Assembly (NCBI GenBank): GCA_014859345.1
Contig: JACUUL010000003.1
Span: 4,460 to 68,459, forward strand
Direction of reading: 5' to 3'
DNA: 64,000 nucleotides
Origin: Thermoleophilia bacterium
GTDB lineage: Bacteria; Actinomycetota; Thermoleophilia; BMS3ABIN01
Below the pieces are notes generated by a model. That model searched no databases, was not told where the DNA came from, and saw nothing but the letters and a program-made list of their open reading frames with translations. Positions 8,355 through 16,463 of this stretch are shown in pieces. The translations under genes were made by a program, and so were the position numbers. How positions within the stretch are numbered: the first letter of the stretch is position 1; every line of letters begins with the position of its first letter.

Positions 8355-9641
8355 TTGATTCAACAACAGACGCCCGCCGGTGAAAGCTCCGGGCTTCCCG
8401 GGGTCGGCTGCGTCCTCGTGAACTACCGCTCGCCCCGGGAAATGCTTGAGCGTTGCCTGAAATCCATCCTGCAAAGCAGCGGGCCGGTGCGCGTGAAAGT
8501 GGTCCTTGTGGACAACGCCTCCGGCGACGGCGTCATCGAGAGCGTGCGCCGGGATTTTCCCGGAGTTGATGTCATCGAATTACCGGAAAACGGGGGATTC
8601 GCGGCCGCGGTCAACCTGGGCCTAGCCCGGCTCACTGAACCTTACGTGCTGATGCTGAATACCGACGCGGTGCTCACCGGCCAGGCGCTCATCAAGATGG
8701 CCGAGGCGCTGGGCGACGCCGGCGACGGAGTCGCCGGTGTCGCCCCCAAGATGATGTCCAGCGCCCATGAAGGCGTCATCGACGCTATCGGCATAGTCAT
8801 GCCTCCCACCGGCGCCTCCTTCAACCGCGGCATCGGCCAGTGCGACCTGGGGCAGTACGACAGCCGCGATCAGGTCGCCGGTGTCTGCTTCGGGGCCGCC
8901 CTGCTCAGGACCGACCTTTTCAAACCGGCCGCCGTCGGACCCCTCTATGAGGATTACTTCCTCTACTTTGAAGATTCCGACTGGTGCATGCGCGCCGCCA
9001 GCCAGGGCTACAGTTTTCTGACCGTCCCGGAGGCTGTCGTTTTGCATATGCATTCCGGCATCACCCGGCACGAATCGTTGTCGTTCAAATACCGCCTGAT
9101 CGAGCTCAACACCCTGATGATCGTCACCCGCACTTTCGAAAGCCCGCTGCTGACAATGCGGATTGCAGCTTCCCGGATATCGCGCCTGCTGGCGCGCACA
9201 TTCATCCGCCGCCGCTTCATCCGCGCCAACCTGTCGACGATAGCGTCCTACCTCGTTTCGCTGCCCCGCCTGCTTGGCGAGCGGCGCCGCCTCAAGGCCA
9301 GGCGCACCGCGCCGGACGATCTGATCTTCCGGATGGCTGCCGGCGAGGACGCGTACTTCGACACCGTCAACTACCGGCCCCAGCGCTGCCTGGATTCATT
9401 GATCGACACTTATCAGCGCCTGGCCGCGACGGGCGGCGATCCCCGGCAGGCGCGCATCCTGGCGGCTCTCAACTGGCTTAAGGACGGGAATACCCGGGGT
9501 GAAACCGGCGAGATGGAGCCCGGGACCATGGATCTTCTGGCGGATCTGCCCCCCTGCGCCACGGAGCTGCTGTCACGGGCTGCGGCCGACCGGCAGACGT
9601 CTATCCCCTTGATTCCTGATGAAGGAAATCAACCGGACTGA
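8355..9641 (+). CDS. GT2 glycosyltransferase with C-terminal extension
   Basis: CVLVNYRS, LVDNASGDG, NGGFAAAVNLG and FEDSDWCMRA motifs. The last ~150 aa have no recognisable family. Confidence 0.7.
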   Translation: MIQQQTPAGESSGLPGVGCVLVNYRSPREMLERCLKSILQSSGPVRVKVVLVDNASGDGVIESVRRDFPGVDVIELPENGGFAAAVNLGLARLTEPYVLMLNTDAVLTGQALIKMAEALGDAGDGVAGVAPKMMSSAHEGVIDAIGIVMPPTGASFNRGIGQCDLGQYDSRDQVAGVCFGAALLRTDLFKPAAVGPLYEDYFLYFEDSDWCMRAASQGYSFLTVPEAVVLHMHSGITRHESLSFKYRLIELNTLMIVTRTFESPLLTMRIAASRISRLLARTFIRRRFIRANLSTIASYLVSLPRLLGERRRLKARRTAPDDLIFRMAAGEDAYFDTVNYRPQRCLDSLIDTYQRLAATGGDPRQARILAALNWLKDGNTRGETGEMEPGTMDLLADLPPCATELLSRAAADRQTSIPLIPDEGNQPD

Positions 9642-9646
9642 GCGAT

Positions 9647-11524
9647 TCAGCCAAGGCCGGCGGCATCGTTGGGGCAGCTTAACGGCTTTATCCTGAAAAT
9701 GGTCGCCCCGTTGCTGAAAATATTTTCGAAGTAATCGCTGTTCGCCAGGGTTTCTTCGTCCATGTTATCCGAATGGACTTGTTCGGATCCAAAGAAGACG
9801 TAGCCAACGCCGTGGCCGCAATAAAGCGCGCTTATGGTCTCGGCGTCGCTGCCGTTTTTGGCCAGGGAAAGATAGAGATCATAAACGTCAAAGGCCCGGG
9901 GGCTGGAAAACTCCAGCCAGGAAGCCTCCACCTGCTTGTCTGTGAATGAGGGAATCCAGACGCCGCTGTCGGCCCCCGCGACGTAATGTCCGGCGGCCAT
10001 CTGGATGAGGAATTTCCTGTCATCATTGATATTGCTGTTTATGAAATCAAACGCGTCCATATCCTCCGTCTTTACGGTTTGAAATTTTTCCTGCATCGTC
10101 AGGTAACGCCGATACTCCTGCCAGCCGTCGCTCAGAAAAAGAATCCCCAGCAACATCACCACCGTGAGGCCGATTACTGCCTGCCGCTTCAGATTCAACA
10201 CCGTCCTGTCCAAAAAGTAGTAGGCATACCAGGAAATAAAAATTACCAGGATGAAAACGAAAAAGTGGCGCACTTCCAGATTAAAAAATTCTGCCACCGT
10301 CGGATTCTTCATGGTAATCAACCAGCCCAAAAGATATATCGCCGCGTAAGACATCAGAATTTTGGCGGGGAACTTTTTATTTTCATCCTTGACAAACGCG
10401 AAGGCGGATAACGCGGCTATGAACGCCAGCATGGCGGTCATGCCAAAAATATCCATTTCCCACTTGATAAAATCGTAATATATGTGAGTCCAGGCGAACT
10501 CGTAACCGGAACCGCCTTCCGTTCCGCCAACCAGCGGATGATTTAAATATACAGGCAGTATCTTTACCAGCGAGACTATCCCGAGCGCCGCCATTACGGC
10601 CAGACCTGTGACGTAATTGACCGTCTGGCCAATTAATATCTTTTTCTTGCCAAAGTCGAAGACGTGCGGGAGATTGATCGTGAAGAATATGATGATCAGC
10701 AGGATGCCGGTGGGGTAATGAATAATGAACGAGGCGAACACAAGCATGGCGGCCAGAATATAGTCCCGCCTGTCTTTCACGCTGGCCGCCATATATAGCA
10801 GCAACGGGGTCACGGTAAATGCCAGGATCATGGAATTCTTGCCGGCGGTGTAATAAAAATTGTTGGGCTGACGCATGCGCGCCGCCAGCACGAACATGAT
10901 CAAGGGAAGAAGCATCCATCTGTCTTTGCTGCGAAAGGCGAGCGTTCCCAGGTAAAAAAGGCTGACGGGAAACAGGGAAACCAGGAAATTGGTGCCGATC
11001 AGGATTATTCTGGGGTAGGCAAAATCAAAAAAAGTGGCATAGTAATTGAGATAATATGCCAGTCCCTGAGGATACCATTGTTCCGTGGTGGTGAAATGAT
11101 TGGTGTTCAGATATTTAAGCCATTCGCTATGGGCGATGGGGTCATGCAAAATGGGCGCCAGCAGATCCAGGGCGGGCAGCACCCGGAAAATGACCAGCGC
11201 CGCGAACAGGGCATAGGCAAACCCCTTCAGCCAGCTCAGCCGCAAAGCATAATGCTCTTTGCGGGGGAAATATCTGACCAGCAGAAATATGTTCGCAACC
11301 CCGAGGAGGGCCAGGTTCGCCCCGAGGACCGGGGCGCTTTGTGGTACGCGGAAAAACTCCTCCACGAATGAAATCAGCACCAGTATCAGCGGCGAAAGGA
11401 TTAAACCGATAATAAGCCTGTCGATTAACCCGATGCCATGCCTGTCCCGTGTAAGGCGGAAGGCCAGAGCCAGCCCGGGAAGCACGTTGATAAGGAAAAA
11501 GAACAGTAGGAATTTCAGGCTCAT
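9647..11524 (-). CDS. large polytopic membrane protein (more than 10 TM segments plus C-terminal soluble domain), possible GT-C-type glycosyltransferase/polymerase
   Basis: 625 aa, hydrophobic throughout the first ~470 aa, followed by a ~150-aa hydrophilic tail. Located inside the glycan locus. No specific family recognised. Confidence 0.4.
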   Translation of the reverse strand: MSLKFLLFFFLINVLPGLALAFRLTRDRHGIGLIDRLIIGLILSPLILVLISFVEEFFRVPQSAPVLGANLALLGVANIFLLVRYFPRKEHYALRLSWLKGFAYALFAALVIFRVLPALDLLAPILHDPIAHSEWLKYLNTNHFTTTEQWYPQGLAYYLNYYATFFDFAYPRIILIGTNFLVSLFPVSLFYLGTLAFRSKDRWMLLPLIMFVLAARMRQPNNFYYTAGKNSMILAFTVTPLLLYMAASVKDRRDYILAAMLVFASFIIHYPTGILLIIIFFTINLPHVFDFGKKKILIGQTVNYVTGLAVMAALGIVSLVKILPVYLNHPLVGGTEGGSGYEFAWTHIYYDFIKWEMDIFGMTAMLAFIAALSAFAFVKDENKKFPAKILMSYAAIYLLGWLITMKNPTVAEFFNLEVRHFFVFILVIFISWYAYYFLDRTVLNLKRQAVIGLTVVMLLGILFLSDGWQEYRRYLTMQEKFQTVKTEDMDAFDFINSNINDDRKFLIQMAAGHYVAGADSGVWIPSFTDKQVEASWLEFSSPRAFDVYDLYLSLAKNGSDAETISALYCGHGVGYVFFGSEQVHSDNMDEETLANSDYFENIFSNGATIFRIKPLSCPNDAAGLG

Positions 11525-11540
11525 ATTCTGGGATGGAGAT

Positions 11541-14357
11541 TCATCTGGGCAGGTTGGGATTATAGTAAGGATCGTGCATTATGACGTGGGCCCATTTCTC
11601 CCTAAGCCGGTTTTGTTCCTCCGTGAATTTTTCGTACCTCTCCGGGTTGCTCTCCGCCATTTCCATATCGTAGCCTCTGGATACCGACTCATGATGGTAC
11701 AGTTTCGCGTATGGCGTATAGACGATCAGATATCCAAGTTCCCTCAACTTCAGGCATAGATCGACGTCATTGAAAGCGATAGAGAAATCTTTCTCGTCAA
11801 ACCCGTTAACCCTGAAAAACAAATCTTTCTTTACCATCAGGCAGGCGCCGGTGACAGCGCTATAATTCCTTGCTACCCTCATCACGCCGGCGTATTCAGG
11901 GTCTTCCACGGAGATGCCATGATGAACGTGGCCGGCCGTGCCTCCCAACCCGACGACGATGCCGGCGTGCTGGATAGTATCGTCCGGGTAAAGCAAAAGG
12001 GCGCCGACGGCGCCGACTTCCTTTCTCTGCGCGTGCTGGAGCATGTTTTCCAGCCAGTTTCCGTCTATTACCTCCGTATCATTATTCAGAAAAATTAAAT
12101 AGTCCCCGTTTGCCTTGCGGGCCGCATGATTGTTAATTGATGAAAAATTAAATTCATGGTCATAAGCCAGAATTCTCGTTTTTCCGTTATTTTTTATTTC
12201 CTCCAGATATTCCAGAGTCTCCCGCTTCCTGCTCTGGTTATTGACCAGCAATATTTCATAGTTGCCGTAGCCGGTTTTTTGCAGGATGCTCTCCAGGCAT
12301 TTCTTCAGGATGCCCGGTTTGTCTTTGAACGGGATAATGATGGACACCAGGGGATTGCCCTTGATCCGATACTTTATCCGGTAAAAGCCCAGCGAAGAGT
12401 CATGCACGGCCTCTCCCGCAATGCCGTTTCTTCGCAGATAATCGTTAAGGGCCGCGACCGCAGCTTCATACGCGTACATTTTCGCGGGCGAGTTCAAGGC
12501 GGTTGACGTCTCGAGCATGCGCCAGTGGTAAAGGATTTTAGGAATATGAAGTATGTTTCTTTCATCAACTTCCTTGATCACCCTCAGAACCAGGTCGTAG
12601 TCCTGCGAACCTTCGTAGCCCTTCCTGAATCCGCCTATCCGGTCAATAACCGCCTTGCGAAAAATGCCCAGATGGCATGTGTACATCGCCGAGAGAAAAA
12701 GGTCGATGGACCAGTCAGGCTTGAAGAAAGGATTGCACCGGCGCCCTTTTAGGTCGAGCTTGTCCTCGTCGCTATATATGAAGTCCGCTTCCTCACGCTC
12801 GTTTAACAGTTTTACGCTCTCGAAAAGCGCATGTTTAGCCAGGACATCATCGTTATCGAGCAGGGCGACGAATTCTCCGGTCGCCATCTTCAGCGCTTCG
12901 TTAGAGGCCCCCGATATATGCATATTGCTCCGGCCGAACCGCACTTTGATTCTCTCATCACCATAACTGCTCCACTTCCGCAAACACTTTTTTGTATTGC
13001 TTTCCGTGGAAGCGTCATCATATATGCAAAGCTCCCAATTGTCGTAATATTGACTCGTCACCGATCTGATGCATTCATTTAGAAGCTTTAGCTTCACGTT
13101 GTATACAGGGACAATCACGGAGATTTTTGGCTTATAGGCAAAATTTTCGATCTCCGCCTGTATTTTCTCAGGGTCCAGGCTTTCGTTTGTGGCAATCCAC
13201 TGTTGATAAAGTTCGAGATTTCTCTCTTCCGCGAGGATCGCCGACATGGCTTCGCCGGGGCTGGCCATGTTCTTTCCCACAAAATTCACTGAATGCCGGA
13301 TGCTCTCCAGGAGGCCGCTCTCCCGGCATCTCTTTCTGAATTTCTGCGAAGAAACGAGAAGAAGAAGGGATGCCGTCCTGAATTTCCTGCCCAGCATGAA
13401 AAATCTGTGAGCGATCACTCTCGCGCGTCTGACCGGCCCGGTTATCCGCCAGCTCACGGAGGCATGTATCCTGTCAATCTCGCCAGCCGCTTCCTGAACT
13501 TCTTTTTGCAAAGCATTATTTTTCTCCATCAGCTGCAGCTTTTCAGCAATTTCCTTTTCCAGTCGCGCCGCCACCTGGTCATGTTTGTCCGCCAGCGTGG
13601 GGAAATTGTAGCGCGACTGCAAGAAGGGTTCGTGCGCCGAGACATATTCGTTGAACGGCAGTACGTTCTTGTGCGTCCTGTTTTGGAAGACCCATTCGAA
13701 ATTTAGATAAAGCTCCTTTTCGCCGCTGTTGATACCGAACTCCTTTGCCACCTCTTCAAACGGCAGGATCTCGTTCAAGCGGTTGGGGAAATATTTGGAA
13801 TAAGCGAGCAGGAGGCTTCTGTAAATAACGTAATTTTTAGGTATGGGAAATTCGAAGGTCCATTCATAGTCCATGAGGCAATAATCTTTCCCATCCTGAA
13901 AAATGTTTTCCAGAGTAAGATCCAGGCAGCCAATCCGCAGACACTCAAAACTTCCTCCGTTTTTTTCCTTGCCAAAATACTCTTCGAATTCTCCGTTTCC
14001 GAGGGTAGTGGTTTCCGTTGGTATCCTGTCCAGTATTTCCCTGTAATCCAGGAATACCTGAAGCACGCGCGTCTTGCTTCTGGACTGGATCGCCTCATAA
14101 AGGAGAGCATCCAGGGATTTGGCGTTCAGATAGTGAAATTTTATGCCCTGAGATGTCTCCTCAGGCTTTAAAACCCGGAAGGGAAAATTCGCGCCGGATA
14201 AATACCTGTATTTATCCAGGAGCGAGAGCAAGAAGCTTTCACTTTCCTTTACGGCCGCTTTTTTATACGTAAAAAGGGTGTTTCCTTCCTTTTCGATGGT
14301 CGTCAGCAGCCGAAATTCTTTTTTCCTTCGGGTATTATGTCTGACGTACACAATCAC
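11541..14357 (-). CDS. multidomain glycan synthase: kinase-like N-domain, coiled coil, two GT2 domains
   Basis: N-terminal IGCLDLTLENIFQDGKDYCLMDYEW resembles the catalytic segment of APH/WbdD-type kinases. Heptad-like stretch AARLEKEIAEKLQLMEKNNALQKEVQEAAGEIDRI. First GT2: ISVIVPVYNV...YDDASTE...LDNDD. Second GT2: VSIIIPFKDK...LVNNQS...LNNDTE. GTG start overlaps the upstream stop (GTGA). Confidence 0.7.
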   Translation of the reverse strand: MIVYVRHNTRRKKEFRLLTTIEKEGNTLFTYKKAAVKESESFLLSLLDKYRYLSGANFPFRVLKPEETSQGIKFHYLNAKSLDALLYEAIQSRSKTRVLQVFLDYREILDRIPTETTTLGNGEFEEYFGKEKNGGSFECLRIGCLDLTLENIFQDGKDYCLMDYEWTFEFPIPKNYVIYRSLLLAYSKYFPNRLNEILPFEEVAKEFGINSGEKELYLNFEWVFQNRTHKNVLPFNEYVSAHEPFLQSRYNFPTLADKHDQVAARLEKEIAEKLQLMEKNNALQKEVQEAAGEIDRIHASVSWRITGPVRRARVIAHRFFMLGRKFRTASLLLLVSSQKFRKRCRESGLLESIRHSVNFVGKNMASPGEAMSAILAEERNLELYQQWIATNESLDPEKIQAEIENFAYKPKISVIVPVYNVKLKLLNECIRSVTSQYYDNWELCIYDDASTESNTKKCLRKWSSYGDERIKVRFGRSNMHISGASNEALKMATGEFVALLDNDDVLAKHALFESVKLLNEREEADFIYSDEDKLDLKGRRCNPFFKPDWSIDLFLSAMYTCHLGIFRKAVIDRIGGFRKGYEGSQDYDLVLRVIKEVDERNILHIPKILYHWRMLETSTALNSPAKMYAYEAAVAALNDYLRRNGIAGEAVHDSSLGFYRIKYRIKGNPLVSIIIPFKDKPGILKKCLESILQKTGYGNYEILLVNNQSRKRETLEYLEEIKNNGKTRILAYDHEFNFSSINNHAARKANGDYLIFLNNDTEVIDGNWLENMLQHAQRKEVGAVGALLLYPDDTIQHAGIVVGLGGTAGHVHHGISVEDPEYAGVMRVARNYSAVTGACLMVKKDLFFRVNGFDEKDFSIAFNDVDLCLKLRELGYLIVYTPYAKLYHHESVSRGYDMEMAESNPERYEKFTEEQNRLREKWAHVIMHDPYYNPNLPR

Positions 14358-15292
14358 TGTTTTGCCCTGGCAAAGATCAGGAATGAATTGGCGAAGAAAC
14401 CGAACTTGCCTTCCTTGACCAGAGAGTCGTTGACCAGTTTCTCATCGAAAAAAAACTCCCGGGGCCGGCAAAGATCCGGATAAGGGTAAATCCCCGTGCG
14501 GACATTGTGGTTGATTGTAGGCAGATAGCTGTCAGAAAATATTTCAAGCGCGAACTTGTAATCCGGCAAGGGATAGTAAAATTCCATTCTCTTGAAACCT
14601 GCATTTTCCAGCAGATCCCGGATCTCGCCCTTGGAAAATGTCTGCGTCGCCTTCTGGTGAGGGTATCCCTCGATGGATTCCGCCAGCCGGCCGGTATGAT
14701 CTTCCCTGGCGCCGGCCCAATACTTCAAGCCGAACCTGTTTTCTATGGCCAGAATGAGAGTGCCGCCTTCGGCGAGGGATGATCTCAGTGTTTTTAAAAA
14801 GCCCAGGAAGGGGTCGCTTGACTCCTCATACCTTCCGGCATATTCCAGGACCCCGATTGCGGCAACATAATCAAATTTTTCCTTCAGGCTGATCCTGGCC
14901 AGGCTTCCCGCTATTACCGTGAGATTTGCGAATTCGCCGTGCCGGGCGGCGGTCGCCTCGGCCCTCTTCCCGGTCAATTCGATCGCGGTTACCTTCTTTA
15001 CCCTGCGGCAAAATAGACCGGTAAGAGCTCCAAAACCGGCGCCTGCCTCAAGCAGGCTCGCGTCTTTCCTGAAGGGATACCAGCTTAAGAGATTCTCTCT
15101 TTCCGGCGACAGATGGGCCAGCACCGCCCAGGAGGGGTCGGCTTCCAGCTTGTTTTTAATAGCTTCCGCTTTTTCTTCGGAACTGACTATCCTTGTTATT
15201 TCTTCCTCTATGTCCTGACCGTCAGAATAAGTTTCTTCTTCATGGTCAACGTGTTCCAAAATCAGCTTTGCCTGTCTTTCTTCGGGCGACAT
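14354..15292 (-). CDS. class I SAM-dependent methyltransferase (candidate glycan chain-capping enzyme)
   Basis: LLEAGAGFGALTG SAM motif and VAAIGVLEY. Translationally coupled to the kinase-like/GT2 protein. Confidence 0.7.
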   Translation of the reverse strand: MSPEERQAKLILEHVDHEEETYSDGQDIEEEITRIVSSEEKAEAIKNKLEADPSWAVLAHLSPERENLLSWYPFRKDASLLEAGAGFGALTGLFCRRVKKVTAIELTGKRAEATAARHGEFANLTVIAGSLARISLKEKFDYVAAIGVLEYAGRYEESSDPFLGFLKTLRSSLAEGGTLILAIENRFGLKYWAGAREDHTGRLAESIEGYPHQKATQTFSKGEIRDLLENAGFKRMEFYYPLPDYKFALEIFSDSYLPTINHNVRTGIYPYPDLCRPREFFFDEKLVNDSLVKEGKFGFFANSFLIFARAKQ

Positions 15293-15314
15293 TACTTCCT
15301 CTTGTGTTCCAGGT

Positions 15315-16214
15315 TTATATTCGCACGCTAAGTCGATTGATCATCTTCGAGGCATCGATTTTCGCCACATTACCTGCGGCAACAAGCCGCGCCGCTTCGT
15401 CCTTGCTGATGATTAATTTTTTGTATTCTTCGTCCAGCCTGCCCTCGAGGTAAGCATGGTACCACCGTTTGATATGCCAGCTCTGGGTTTCGTTCAGCCT
15501 GGCGTTCCTGGCCACAGCCACGCCGTTCTCCGCAACCTTTTTCTCAAAATGCTTTTTACTCCTGACCGGAAAATGGTATATCTTTACGTTATCAATCGCT
15601 TTCTGCCTGATGCTCGCGCCCTGATTTTCAATCGCGTGATTCCCCTGAACGACCCTCAAGCAACCGGCTTTTGACCTGAAGGCTATTTTCGGGCCAAGCG
15701 TGTAATAATATAAATTATCCTTTTTTGATCTTTCCTGGACATCAGCCGCATCAAAAGGTTCGACGACGGCATATATTGCGTCTTTGGGAAAATTCTCTTT
15801 TCCTTCCCGGTCTTCCAGAATGACGTTCACCCGCTCCACTATAAAAACGTCAGCGTCCCGGTGTGAGCACAAGTCCTTTTTTAGATTTCCGGACCTGGAG
15901 ATCCAGAACTCATCCGCGTCATTATGAATGACGATATCAGCTTTCAGGTCGTTGACCGCCTGTTCGCCCATGCGATTAACCCATGCTTTTTGATCCTTGT
16001 CATCTCCTGGTTCATCGATAAGGCGAAGCAGTCCCTTTCTTTCATACTCCTGGAATATTTCTCTCGTCCCGTCGGTTGAGGCATTGTCCGTGGCGACGAT
16101 ATAGTCCACTCCGCTACGGAGATGGAACTCAATATTTTCCCTGATAATGTCGCCTTCGTTCTTGGCCAGAAGCGTCATGACCAGCGTGTTCTTTCTCTTG
16201 AAGAAATTGAGCAT
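15315..16214 (-). CDS. GT2-like glycosyltransferase (Glyco_tranf_2_4-like)
   Basis: MTLLAKNEGDIIRENIEFHL..GVDYIVATDNASTDGT and HNDADEFW motifs. Confidence 0.6.
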   Translation of the reverse strand: MLNFFKRKNTLVMTLLAKNEGDIIRENIEFHLRSGVDYIVATDNASTDGTREIFQEYERKGLLRLIDEPGDDKDQKAWVNRMGEQAVNDLKADIVIHNDADEFWISRSGNLKKDLCSHRDADVFIVERVNVILEDREGKENFPKDAIYAVVEPFDAADVQERSKKDNLYYYTLGPKIAFRSKAGCLRVVQGNHAIENQGASIRQKAIDNVKIYHFPVRSKKHFEKKVAENGVAVARNARLNETQSWHIKRWYHAYLEGRLDEEYKKLIISKDEAARLVAAGNVAKIDASKMINRLSVRI

Positions 16215-16463
16215 GGTACTCTCTTTTAACTGTCCGGCAAAGCATTTTCCGGGGGGCGTATATAATAACCCATTACAGTAGCGAAACGCAGGCCGTCATG
16301 GTCCGGATCTGCCGGACACGCGGACTGTAGCCTGGCTATCTCTCAACCAGCCTCTTTCCCCCACCTGTATTATTTCCTTTTCGAGGCATCAGTTATGCTG
16401 ATAGTTTTTGCCCGAATACAGCAGCATGTCTTATAGTTTGATAATCGCCCCACCTGTTTTTTT

